DNA of 64,000 bases, taken from an uncultured Actinomycetota bacterium. Lineage in GTDB: Bacteria; Actinomycetota; Actinomycetes; Propionibacteriales; Nocardioidaceae. Positions 21,299-31,981 of this stretch are shown in pieces. Numbering within the stretch: the stretch's first letter is position 1; every line of letters begins with the position of its first letter. Under the pieces are notes generated by a model. That model worked only from the letters and a program-made list of their open reading frames with translations, had not been told where the DNA came from and did no database searches. The stretch is taken from assembly GCA_963839565.1 (NCBI GenBank), contig CAWIVR010000027.1:196897-260896 (forward strand), read 5' to 3'. The position numbers and the translations under genes are program-made.

Positions 21299-21321
21299 TT
21301 GTCGGTGGTCCCTGTCAGAGT
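21299..21321 (+). promoter_or_regulatory. PafBC/RecA-NDp-type promoter, leaderless
   Basis: TTGTCGGTG-N8-CAGAGT then 7 nt then ATG 21329; exact -35 match, -10 has C instead of T at position 1. Confidence 0.65.
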
Positions 21322-21328
21322 TCGGGAC

Positions 21329-21535
21329 ATGACGACGAGGATCGATTGCGACACCTGCGTGGTGCGGGGGTTGGCCTGCGGAGACTGCGTGGTGACGGTG
21401 CTGCTCGGTCCTCCCCCCGAGCTGACCTTCGACGACGACGCGTGCCGCGCGCTCGACGTCCTGGCCCAGGGCGGCCTGGTGCCCCCGTTGCGGCTGGTGC
21501 AACCCGTGGCCTCGCCGGAGATCGAGTCCGCCTGA
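21329..21535 (+). CDS. 68-aa Cys4 microprotein (C-x2-C-x6-C-x2-C)
   Basis: MTTRIDCDTCVVRGLACGDCVVTVLLG...LVPPLRL; host-like codon usage; start fits the promoter spacing. Confidence 0.8.
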   Translation: MTTRIDCDTCVVRGLACGDCVVTVLLGPPPELTFDDDACRALDVLAQGGLVPPLRLVQPVASPEIESA

Positions 21536-21597
21536 GCGTCGGCGACGAGCCTGGCTCGGGTGATGTGTGACATATCCACGACAGGCGGTTCCGAAGT

Positions 21598-21627
21598 TTG
21601 GACGCTCGGTCAGCGCCGGACTAGTGT
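21598..21627 (+). promoter_or_regulatory. Putative housekeeping-sigma promoter for the riboswitch/NlpC transcript
   Basis: TTGGAC-N18-TAGTGT about 50 nt upstream of the riboswitch. Confidence 0.5.
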
Positions 21628-21677
21628 GTGGCGCTGAGGTACTCGTGGAAGTGGACCACCAGGGTCCGCGCGGGTGC

Positions 21678-21851
21678 CGCGTCGAGTTCGGCCCCTCTCA
21701 GCCACGGCTGAGGAGGTCCGGAGCCGGGGAACCAACCCACCTGGGGTGAATCCCCTCCGAGAATGGCGGCCAGGAATCGGGGCCGGGTCCGCCACGGAAG
21801 AGGGGTAAGGCCAATGTCGTGCCCGAACCCGTCAGCTCACCCGGTAGGCGT
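21678..21851 (+). ncRNA. c-di-AMP (ydaO/yuaA) riboswitch
   Basis: Conserved blocks GGAGCCGGGGAACC, CTGGGGTGAATCC and CCCGAACCCGTCAGCTCACCCGGTAGGCG in the leader of a cell-wall hydrolase, the typical actinobacterial context. Confidence 0.9.
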
Positions 21852-21876
21852 ACGACACCAAGGAGACCGCCCGCTC

Positions 21877-22866
21877 GTGCTGAACGGTCGGAGGCGCTCG
21901 AGCGCCGCCATCACTGCAGTCCTCCTCGCCCTCGTGATCGGCTCCGTGCCGAGCTCGCCGGCGCAGGCCGAACCCACCATCGACGACGTCCAGACCCGCG
22001 TCGACAGGCTCTACCACCAGGCCGAGCAGGCCCAGGAGCGCTATCACGACGCCAAGGTGGAGCTCGACGAGCTCCGCAAGGACGTCGGCTCGCTCCAGGC
22101 CGACCAGGACCGCCAGGACGACCGCCTCACCACGGTCCGTGAGCAGGTCCAGGACTCCATCGTCAGCCAGTACGAGGGCACCAGCCTCTCGGCCGTCGGC
22201 CAGGCCGTCGTGTCGGAGGACCCGAGCCAGTTCCTCTCGCAGCTGACCACGATCGCCGCCTACAACGACATCCAGTCGCAGCTGTTCGCCGACTACAGCA
22301 CCGAGCTCAAGGCCCTCGACATCCGCAGCGCCGCTACCGACGACCGCCGGGCCCGGATGGCCGCGCTCGAGAAGCAGCTCGCCAAGGAGCAGGCCGCGGT
22401 GCAGGACAAGCTGGCCGAGGCCAAGGACCAGCTCGACACGCTCAAGGACGAGGAGCGCGCCGAGCTGCTCGCCTCCCGCAGCGGTGACGTCCGGATCCCG
22501 TCCAACGTGCCGGCCTCCGGGCGGGCCGCGATCGCCGTGGGTGCCGCACTCGCCCAGGTCGGCGACGCCTACGTCTACGGCGCCTCCGGTCCCGACGCGT
22601 ACGACTGCTCCGGCCTGACGAGCATGGCCTGGGCGCAGGCGGGCGTCGGCCTGCCGCACTCCTCGAGCGCGCAGTTCGGAGCCGGACCGCACATCTCCTC
22701 CAGCGCCCTGCAGCCGGGCGACCTGGTCTTCTACTACAGCCCGATCAGCCATGTCGGCATGTACATCGGCAACGGCCTGATCGTGCACGCCGCCAACCCC
22801 GGGACAGGCGTCCTGGTGGCCGGCCTGTTCTCGATGCCGTACTCCGGCGCGGTCCGCCCTGGCTGA
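21877..22866 (+). CDS. Secreted NlpC/P60 (C40) peptidoglycan endopeptidase with coiled coil
   Basis: AAGGAG RBS, GTG 21877, signal peptide, coiled coil, YVYGASGPDAYDCSGL...HVGMYIG...HA catalytic motifs. Confidence 0.93.
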   Translation: MLNGRRRSSAAITAVLLALVIGSVPSSPAQAEPTIDDVQTRVDRLYHQAEQAQERYHDAKVELDELRKDVGSLQADQDRQDDRLTTVREQVQDSIVSQYEGTSLSAVGQAVVSEDPSQFLSQLTTIAAYNDIQSQLFADYSTELKALDIRSAATDDRRARMAALEKQLAKEQAAVQDKLAEAKDQLDTLKDEERAELLASRSGDVRIPSNVPASGRAAIAVGAALAQVGDAYVYGASGPDAYDCSGLTSMAWAQAGVGLPHSSSAQFGAGPHISSSALQPGDLVFYYSPISHVGMYIGNGLIVHAANPGTGVLVAGLFSMPYSGAVRPG

Positions 22867-22885
22867 TCCCCGCCCGCACACCGAT

Positions 22886-24148
22886 GTGAGCACCGCAGGC
22901 CGGTCATCCAGCAGACGCTGGTTGGTCGGCCTCGTTGCCGTGGCGGCCCTGGCCGCCGGGGGCATCACGTGGGCGGCGCGGGACGACGCGCCGTACGTCG
23001 CCCCCTCACCCGAGCAGTCCGCGCCGCGACCGCGGCCCGCCGAGGCGAGTGCAGCGCTGCAGGACCTGGAGACCGCGCTCGGCGACGGTGACGAGGACGC
23101 CGCCGCGGCCCTGGCGCCCGCGGGCGACCCCGAGTCCGCGGAACTGCTGCGCGCCGTCGCGGCCAACGCCCGGTCGCTCGGTCTCGTGCTGGACCTCCGC
23201 TACGTGGACGAGGCGGGCAGCGTCGACGCCTCCGGCCGGTGGGCGGGCGCCGTGGCCGCCACGTGGCGCTTCCGCGGCGACGCCGGGAGCGACCCGTCCC
23301 GCGCGGAGCTGGACGTCCAGTTCGTCCCCGCCGGTGCCGACAGGGTGGCCATCGCCGGGTTCGGCCAGCCCGACACGGGCCGGGTGCCCGGCTGGCTCGC
23401 GGGTCCGGTGGTGGTCCGACGGGCGCCGCGCGTGCTGGTCGTGGTCGCGGGTGCGGGCAGCCTGGGGCGCAGTGAGGCCGAGCGCTACGAGAGGTTGGCG
23501 TCCACCTCGGTGGGAGACGTCAATCGGGTGCTTCCGGACTGGCGCGGCCGCCTGGTGGTCGAGGTGCCGGCCACGAGCGCGGCGCTCGACCGGGCCCTGG
23601 ACGCCGAACCCGGCCACACGGCCGGCATCGCGGCCGTCACCGCTCCGGCCGACGGCTCGACCGACACCGACTCGCCCGTGCACGTGTTCGTCAACCCCGA
23701 GGTGTTCGACCGGCTCCAGCCCACCGGTGCGCAGGTGGTCCTCAGCCACGAGGCCGTTCACGTCGCCACCGACGCCGCCAGGAGCGACGTCGCCCCCTGG
23801 CTCCTCGAGGGGTTCGCCGACTACGTCGCCCTCCGCGACGTCGACCTGCCGCTGAGCACCACGGCCGGGCAGATCATCCGCCAGGTACGCCGGGACGGCG
23901 TGCCGGACCACCTGCCCGGACCAGACGAGTTCGCGACCGGCGCGACGCACCTCGGGGCGACGTACGAGAGTGCCTGGCTGGCCTGCGTGCTGCTGGCCGA
24001 GAGCGGGGGAGAGCAGGCCCTGGTCGATCTCTACGCCGACGTCGCCGACGGTCGCTCCCTGGAGGCCGCGCTCGGGCAGCGCTTCGGCATCACCGAGGCC
24101 GGTTTGACGCGTCGCTGGCAGCAGCGGTTGGCGGACTTGGCGGGCTGA
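22886..24148 (+). CDS. Membrane-anchored zinc metallopeptidase-like protein (gluzincin/Peptidase_MA-like)
   Basis: N-terminal TM; SHEAVH...WLLEGFADY. Confidence 0.7.
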   Translation: MSTAGRSSSRRWLVGLVAVAALAAGGITWAARDDAPYVAPSPEQSAPRPRPAEASAALQDLETALGDGDEDAAAALAPAGDPESAELLRAVAANARSLGLVLDLRYVDEAGSVDASGRWAGAVAATWRFRGDAGSDPSRAELDVQFVPAGADRVAIAGFGQPDTGRVPGWLAGPVVVRRAPRVLVVVAGAGSLGRSEAERYERLASTSVGDVNRVLPDWRGRLVVEVPATSAALDRALDAEPGHTAGIAAVTAPADGSTDTDSPVHVFVNPEVFDRLQPTGAQVVLSHEAVHVATDAARSDVAPWLLEGFADYVALRDVDLPLSTTAGQIIRQVRRDGVPDHLPGPDEFATGATHLGATYESAWLACVLLAESGGEQALVDLYADVADGRSLEAALGQRFGITEAGLTRRWQQRLADLAG

Positions 24149-24160
24149 GAGACTGGCGCG

Positions 24161-25423
24161 GTGACGCGTCCGGTGGCCAGCGTGCGGACGGTCGCCGCGG
24201 CCGTGGCTGTCGTCGGGGCCGTCTGTTTCGTCACCCTGGCAGTCGTGCTCGTCCCGTGGCACCCGGTCCCCGGTGGCGGGCCCTCCACCTTGCCGGCCCC
24301 CGACACCGTGCTCTCAGCGGAGCAGCTCGCCCGGGCTGAGGCGTACGCCGGCCCCGCCCGCTGGCTGGGCTGGTCCTCGCTCCTCGTGTCCCTGGTGGTC
24401 GTGTGCTGGCTGGGCTTCACCGAGGCGGGCGCGCGGCTGGTCGGCCGGCTGCGGGGCTGGTGGTGGGTGCGGGTGGTGCTCGGGGTCGCCCTCGTGTCGC
24501 TGGTCGGCAGGCTGGCCACGCTGCCCTTCGCCATCGTCGCCTACCGCCGCCGCGTCTCCTACGGTCTCTCCACCCAGGCCTGGCCCGACTGGCTGCGCGA
24601 CGTCGCCGTCTCGTGGGCGGTCAACGTGGTGGCGAGCAGCCTGGTGCTGCTCGTCATCGTCGGCACCGCGCGGCGCTGGCGGACCTGGTGGCCGGCGATC
24701 GCGGCGGGGATCGCCGCCACCCTCGTGATGCTGGGCTCGTTCGTCTACCCCGTGCTGGTCGAGCCGCTGTTCAGCTCCTTCACCCCGCTGCCCGACGGGC
24801 CCCTGCGCACGGGGGTGCTCGAGCTGGCCGAGGCCGAGGGCGTGCACGTCGACGACGTGCTGGAGGCGGACGCCTCGCGCCGGACCACGACGCTCAACGC
24901 CTACGTGTCGGGCTTCGGCAGCACGCGGCGGGTGGTGCTCTACGACAACCTCGTCCGCGACGTCCCGGAGGACCAGGTGCTCTCGGTCGTCGCCCATGAG
25001 CTGTCGCACGCGCGGCACGACGACGTGCTCACCGGGTCGCTGCTCGGCGCGGCCGGGTCCGTGCTGGGCATCGGCTTGCTCGGCCTGGTGATCGAGCGAC
25101 GGCGGAAGCGGGCACACGGGCCCGAAATGCAGAGAACCGCCGGAGATCCGGCGGTGGTGCCACTGGTCCTGGCCCTGGTGGCGGTGGCGGGGCTGCTGGC
25201 CAGTCCGATCCAGAACGGGATCAGCCGGCGGATCGAGACCCGAGCGGATGTCGACGCCCTGCTCGCGACGCACGACCCGCAGGCGTTCATCGAGGTCCAA
25301 CGGCAGCTGGCGATCCGATCACTGGCGGATCTGACCGGGCCGGCCTGGTCGCAGTTCTGGTTCGGCAGCCACCCGACGACGCGTGAGAGGATCGCGATCG
25401 CCGGGTGGCTGTCGGACCGGTAG
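24161..25423 (+). CDS. M48 (Ste24/HtpX) membrane metalloprotease
   Basis: NAYVSGFG, AHELSH, ETRAD and SHPTTRERI motifs with TM helices. Confidence 0.92.
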   Translation: MTRPVASVRTVAAAVAVVGAVCFVTLAVVLVPWHPVPGGGPSTLPAPDTVLSAEQLARAEAYAGPARWLGWSSLLVSLVVVCWLGFTEAGARLVGRLRGWWWVRVVLGVALVSLVGRLATLPFAIVAYRRRVSYGLSTQAWPDWLRDVAVSWAVNVVASSLVLLVIVGTARRWRTWWPAIAAGIAATLVMLGSFVYPVLVEPLFSSFTPLPDGPLRTGVLELAEAEGVHVDDVLEADASRRTTTLNAYVSGFGSTRRVVLYDNLVRDVPEDQVLSVVAHELSHARHDDVLTGSLLGAAGSVLGIGLLGLVIERRRKRAHGPEMQRTAGDPAVVPLVLALVAVAGLLASPIQNGISRRIETRADVDALLATHDPQAFIEVQRQLAIRSLADLTGPAWSQFWFGSHPTTRERIAIAGWLSDR

Positions 25424-25431
25424 GTCGAGGA

Positions 25432-25664
25432 TCAGCAGTGGCTGCCCATGTTCTGGCTGATCGAGTTGCAGGTCTCCTGTGAAGAGGTTCGAGGAAGATG
25501 CCTTGGCCGAAGGCGAAGACGGCCGCGAGGATGACGGCGGCGATGCCGGCGACGAGCAGGCCGTACTCCACGGCAGAGGCGCCGCGCTCGTCCTGGTCGC
25601 CCCGAGCCGGGGCGCCGTGACGCGGAGCAGCAGGCTGCAGCAGCTGGGGGGCGAGGACATGCAT
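25432..25664 (-). CDS. flp: Flp family type IVb pilin 2 (indels near both ends)
   Basis: AGGAG RBS; DERG|ASAVEYGLLVAGIAAVIL; the corrected C-terminus ends CNSISQNMGSHC. Confidence 0.8.
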
Positions 25665-25683
25665 GGTGGCTCCTAGTGAGGCC

Positions 25684-25722
25684 GTGGCCGTGGGCCTGGG
25701 CGAGACCCAGGCCCACGGCCAC
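25684..25722. terminator. 17-bp perfect intercistronic hairpin between the two flp genes
   Basis: GTGGCCGTGGGCCTGGG-CGAGA-CCCAGGCCCACGGCCAC. Confidence 0.75.
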
Positions 25723-25746
25723 GTCGAGCTGACACGAGCTGAGCGA

Positions 25747-25941
25747 TCAGTTGGCAGCCGGTGCGATCGAGTCGTTGGTGTTCTGGAAGACACCGCTCAG
25801 GGTGCCACCGAGCAGGAAGACGATGCCGACGATGACGGCGGCGATGCCGGCGACGAGCAGGCCGTACTCAACGGCGGAGGCGCCGCGCTCGTCCATCTTG
25901 GCGAGGCGGGCGTTGAGCATGATGCGGAGGTAGTCCAGCAT
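25747..25941 (-). CDS. flp: Flp family type IVb pilin 1 (likely major pilin)
   Basis: MLDYLRIMLNARLAKMDERG|ASAVEYGLLVAGIAAVIVGIVFLLG; AGGAG RBS. Confidence 0.93.
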   Translation of the reverse strand: MLDYLRIMLNARLAKMDERGASAVEYGLLVAGIAAVIVGIVFLLGGTLSGVFQNTNDSIAPAAN

Positions 25942-26014
25942 TTCTTTGTCTCCTGTTTGGAAAGGGATGTGAGTTCCAAGAAGGCCGGGGGCCTCCGGGG
26001 AAAAGTCTTCCCGA

Positions 26015-26041
26015 ATCGGCCGCTCCACCTCATCGGGTGAA
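26015..26041 (-). promoter_or_regulatory. FliA/WhiG-like promoter upstream of flp
   Basis: TTCA-N17-GCCGAT on the minus strand. Confidence 0.5.
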
Positions 26042-26055
26042 CGTTCGATGTCGAG

Positions 26056-26071
26056 TAGTCCTTTCGGACTA
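26056..26071. promoter_or_regulatory. Palindrome TAGTCC-N4-GGACTA, candidate NarL/LuxR-family operator
   Basis: Perfect 6-bp arms, 14 nt upstream of the putative -35 element of flp. Confidence 0.5.
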
Positions 26072-26149
26072 TGGTTCCCTGGCCTGATCTGGCCCGCAGG
26101 AGAATGCAGAAACTCGCACAGGGCCCTGCGACTGCCGACCGAGGTACTT

Positions 26150-26821
26150 CTAGTCGCGGAGGTCGCGGCTGGGCAGGCTCGAGAGCAGCCCGATCCGCAT
26201 CGCCGTCACCAGTGCCTGGGCCCGGTTGCTCGCGCCGAGCTTCTGGTAGATGCGGGCGATGTGGGACTTGGCCGTGGACTCGCTGAGGTAGAGCTGCTGG
26301 GCGATCTGGCCGGCGCCCAGGCCGTCGGCCAGCAGCACCAGCACCTGGTGCTCCCGGTCGGAGAGCCGCGTCGACTCCGCCGACGCACGACGCATCATGG
26401 CGCCGACCAGGCCGGCGCAGAGGAACGACCGAGGAGACACCACGGCGTGCTTGGCCGCCTTGACGACCTCGGCGCTCGGCGCGTCCTTGCCGACGAAGGC
26501 GGACGCGCCGGCCTCCATGGCCGCGAAGATCTGGTCGTCGCCCGAGTGCATGGTGACCACGACCAGGCCCGCCTGCTGGTTGTCGCGGCGGATCGCCCGG
26601 ATGATGTCGAGTCCGGTGCCGTCGGGCAGCTGGAGGTCGGTGACGACGACCTGGGGTTCCTGCCCCTCGTAGACCTTCAGCGCCTCGGTCACCGTGGCGG
26701 CTTCGCCGACGACGGTCATCCCGGGCTCGCGGCCGAAGGCGCCGACCAGGCCCTGTCGGATGAGCTCGTGGTCGTCGACGACCAGGACCGTGGTGTCGCC
26801 TTCGGGGGTGTGGAGGCTCAT
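26150..26821 (-). CDS. NarL/LuxR-family response regulator
   Basis: VLVVDDH, VVTDLQLPDG, LSDREHQVL...STAKSHIARIYQKLG. Confidence 0.93.
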   Translation of the reverse strand: MSLHTPEGDTTVLVVDDHELIRQGLVGAFGREPGMTVVGEAATVTEALKVYEGQEPQVVVTDLQLPDGTGLDIIRAIRRDNQQAGLVVVTMHSGDDQIFAAMEAGASAFVGKDAPSAEVVKAAKHAVVSPRSFLCAGLVGAMMRRASAESTRLSDREHQVLVLLADGLGAGQIAQQLYLSESTAKSHIARIYQKLGASNRAQALVTAMRIGLLSSLPSRDLRD

Positions 26822-26849
26822 GGTCGCCAGCCTTCCTGGTGGGTGCTGG

Positions 26850-28481
26850 TCACGGCTGCAGGACACGCCCCGAACCGGCAGGGTTGCTGCTGGGAGACGG
26901 GCTCTCAGCCGATCGGAGCACGGTGTGACGGCTCGACGGTGAGCCCTCGAGGACGACGGAGATGATGGTTCCTCGAGGCTCGCGTCGCTGGACGGTGAAG
27001 CGCGCCTCGACGAGCCGGGCGCGCTCGGCCATGATCTCCAGCCCGTGCGAGTCCTCGCGACGGCCCAGGATGCCCCGGCCGTCGTCGGCGATGGTGATCT
27101 CGGCCAGGGGAGGCGCCACGGTGCACTGGACCTCGATCAGGGTGGCCTCGGAGTGCCGGACCGCGTTGTTCATCGCCTCCTGGGTGATCCGCAGGAGCTC
27201 CGCCTCGACGTCGGGGCGCAGGCGTTGCGTGCTCTCGTCGAGGGTGACCTGGATCGGGACGCCCGAGCCGCCGCTGAGATGGCGTGCCAGCGACCCGATG
27301 GCGGTGCCGAGGCTCTCGTTCTCGCCGACGCTGGTGCGCAGCGTGCGCACGGACGCGCGGACCTCGCCGACCACGCTGCTGAGCCGTTCGCGCAGGACCT
27401 GGAGGCGCATCGTCAGCTCGGGCGAGTCGCTCTCGGCCATCAGGTCGTCGACGAGATAGCCCAGCGAGGCCATCTCCTGGGCCACCCCGTCGTGCATCTC
27501 GCGGGCCAGGCGTCGCCGTTCCTCGACGGTCGCGGCGTCGCGGAACGCGGCGAAGAGGAGCGCCGTGTCGAGGTGCACGATGTCGGGCTCGAGGCGGGTG
27601 GCCAGGTTGGTGAGGGTGGTGTGCAGGCCCAGGGCGGCGGGGTCGAGACCGGGGGAGAGGAACCCCGTGACGACCGCGACGGTGCCGGCGCCGCTGCCCA
27701 GCGGCAGCGCGAAGGCGTGCGCGTCGACGAGGATCGTCTGGTGCCGGAACGCACGGTCGGCCAGCTCCTCGGCCTCCTGCACCTCGTCGCCCGTCCCGGT
27801 GTGGTCGTTGATGATGGGGGTGAGCTGCTCGCCGCGAGGCACGTGCACGACCAGCCCGCGCACCGGCAGCTCGTCGTGCACCGCGCTGGCGATCATGGCG
27901 GCGAGGGTGACCGGCTCCAGGCCGCGGTGCAGCTCGTCGGAGAGCCCGATGAGCTCGCGGATCAGCGCCTGGGCGTTGCGGTAGGAGTCGAGCGGGTCGA
28001 CGGGCTCGCGGTAGGTCGCGTGGATGAACGTCCCGATGAGCGCCAGCCCGAGGCTGAAGATCGTCCAGGTCACCAGGCTCGTCGACCGCCGGGATCGAGA
28101 TCCCGCCGGTGACCGTCACGATCGTGACGCCGAAGGCCGACGAGCTCGATCACCAGCGACGCGAGGGCGCCGACCGCTCCGCGTCGCAGGGCGGCGGTGA
28201 AGGGCGGGAAGGCCAGGACGGTGAGGACCTGGTAGCTCTCGGTCGAGCGCGAGGGCGCTGGCCATCCCGATCAGGGCGGCCTCGCCCGCGATGGTGACGA
28301 CGGCCGGCACGTCCATGCGCTCGGCCGCCGTCGCCGCCAACCAGATGCAGCCGATGGCGAGCACGGCCAGGACGGCGGTGCTGTCGTTCGCCAGCACGCT
28401 CGCCACCGCGAGCGCGACGAGCGCGAAGCCTCGCGTCGTCACGGACAGGAAGCCGTACTGACGCGGAGACCGCTCGGTCAT
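26850..28481 (-). CDS. Membrane sensor histidine kinase (HisKA_3), frameshifts near 28080-28200
   Basis: N-terminal TM array; REMHDGVAQ, EAMNNAVRH, DDGRG and HGLEIM; start overlaps the tadC stop (TGATG). Confidence 0.85.
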
Positions 28482-29411
28482 CAGTCGATTCCGGCGAACT
28501 GGTCCATGATCTGGATCACGGCCGGGCCCATGATGACGATGAACAGCGACGGCAGGATGCAGAAGATCAGCGGGATCGTCATCTTGACCGGCACCTGCTG
28601 GGCCTTCTCCTCCGCCCGCTGACGGCGCTTCACCCGCATCTCGGACGACTGCACGCGCAGCACGTTGGCGATCGGGATGCCGAACGCGTCGGCCTGGACC
28701 ATCGAGCTGACGAACGACCGCAGCTCCGCCAGGTTGGTGCGGTCGGCGAGCGCGCGCAGCGCCTCGGAGCGCGAGGACCCGATCTGCATCTCGCGGAGCA
28801 CCCGCGAGAACTCGTCGGCCAGCGGACCCTCGGTGTTGTGCGCGACCTGCTGCAGCGCGGCGTCGAAGCCGAGACCGGACTCCACCGAGATGGTGAGGAG
28901 GTCGATGGCGTCGGGGAGCTCGCGCTGGATGCGGTTCGAGCGGTCGTAGGTGCGCTGGTAGAGGTACATCGCCGGGGCGAAGAAGCCGGCCACGGTGACG
29001 CCGACGACCACCAGGATCTTCGTCATCGGGCTGCCGAGCATGAACGAGAACAGCAGGCCACCGGCGAAGCCGGCCATGGCTCCGACGACCTTGCCGCTCA
29101 TCACCCGGTCGACGGTCCAGCCGGGCGGGTTGCCGGCGAGGTCGAGCTTGCGCCGGATCCGCTCGGAGCTGTCAGCCCCGGAGAGCCGGCGGCCGAGGCC
29201 GGCGAAGCGGTTCTGCAGCGGGATCAGCACCCGCTCGCCGAACGGACTTGTCGAGGTCGGCCTTGAGCTCGCTCGGCGCCGTGGTCATGGCCTCGATCAG
29301 CTCGAGCGACCGGGCGACGCCCGTGCTCGGAGCTGCGTTGCGCGCCGCGGAGGCCGCGAGAGCGAGCGCGGTGAACACCAGCAGCACGCCCATGATGCCC
29401 AGCATGGTCAT
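28481..29411 (-). CDS. tadC: Tad pilus platform protein TadC (frameshift near 29235)
   Basis: ELPDAIDLLTISVESGLGFD...AEEKAQQVPVKMTIPLIFCILP. Confidence 0.88.
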
Positions 29412-30422
29412 GGGTCAGACCTCCACCTTGACGATGCGCGACATCCAGAAGGCGCCGACGCCGAGGATGCAGCACGCTGCCGGCCAGCATGAGGTAGCCC
29501 AGCGGGCGCGACCACAGGACCGAGACGTAGTCGTACTTCGTGAAGCAGCAGGTAGATGAAGAACAGCGGCGGCAGGCCACCGAGCACGAACGCGGACAGC
29601 TTGCCCTCCGCGGCGAGGGCCGCGACCTGGCGGCGCATGTACTCGCGCTCACGGATCGTGGCGGCCACGGTGTCGAGCAGCTCGGCCAGGTTGCCACCGA
29701 CGCGGCGCTGGATGTTGATGGCCATCACCACCCAGGCGAAGTCCTTGCTGTCGAACCGCTCGGCCACGCCCTCGAGCGCGGTCTCGAGGCTGACTCCGAG
29801 GCGGGTCTCGACCAGCACCCGGCGGAACTCCGACGAGATCGGGTCGACTGCCCTCGTTGACGATGGTGTCGATCGACTGCGCCAGGGACAGACCCGCGGT
29901 CAGCGACCCGGCCATCAGCTGGAGGGTGTCGGGCAGGGCCTTGCTGAACCTGTTGCGGCGGCGGCTGCGCTTGAAGCCGAGGCACATCCACGGCAGCAGC
30001 GACCCCGCCAGCGAGGAAGAGCAGCCCGATGAACAGGCTGCCGCCACCGATGACGGTGCCGACGAACCCGGCCACGATCACGATGCCGACGTGCAGCAGC
30101 AGCCACTCGGAGGCGTTCAGCTGGCTGCCGGCCGCCTCGAGACGCGCGTTGATCCGCATCTCGACGCTCTTGTTGCGGCGGAGCAGCTCCGCGGCCGCGG
30201 ACTTGGCCGTCGCCAGCTGGTCCTGCTGCTGGGGCGCGGCGTGGTGGCCGGTGCCCGTGCGCCCGGACGTGTACATCTCGACGGTTTCCTCGGCGGTCAT
30301 CTCCCGCGGTTGCGGGATCGCCATGGTGAGGACTCCGAGGAGGCCGATGCCGAGGGCGACGAGACCGGCGTAGAGGGCCCAGGGTGGCAGGTCGGTCAGT
30401 GCCAGGACGACGACAAGCGGGC

Positions 30423-30426
<4 letters not shown>
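29408..30426 (-). CDS. tadB: Tad pilus platform protein TadB (several frameshifts)
   Basis: [34 protein letters not shown] and AEGKLSA across frames. Confidence 0.85.
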
Positions 30427-31976
<1,550 letters not shown>

Positions 31977-31981
31977 GGCGA

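Noticed and set aside
21560-21575. MtrA box (GTCACA on the minus strand) upstream of the NlpC transcript
   Set aside because: Only a single half-site; no convincing second repeat at the expected spacing
26050-26100. c-di-GMP-I riboswitch upstream of flp (GAAA-capped stem)
   Set aside because: The conserved GCAAA(C) and GACGCAAAGC blocks and the P3 receptor are absent, and the element lies upstream of the putative promoter; it is better read as a DNA palindrome
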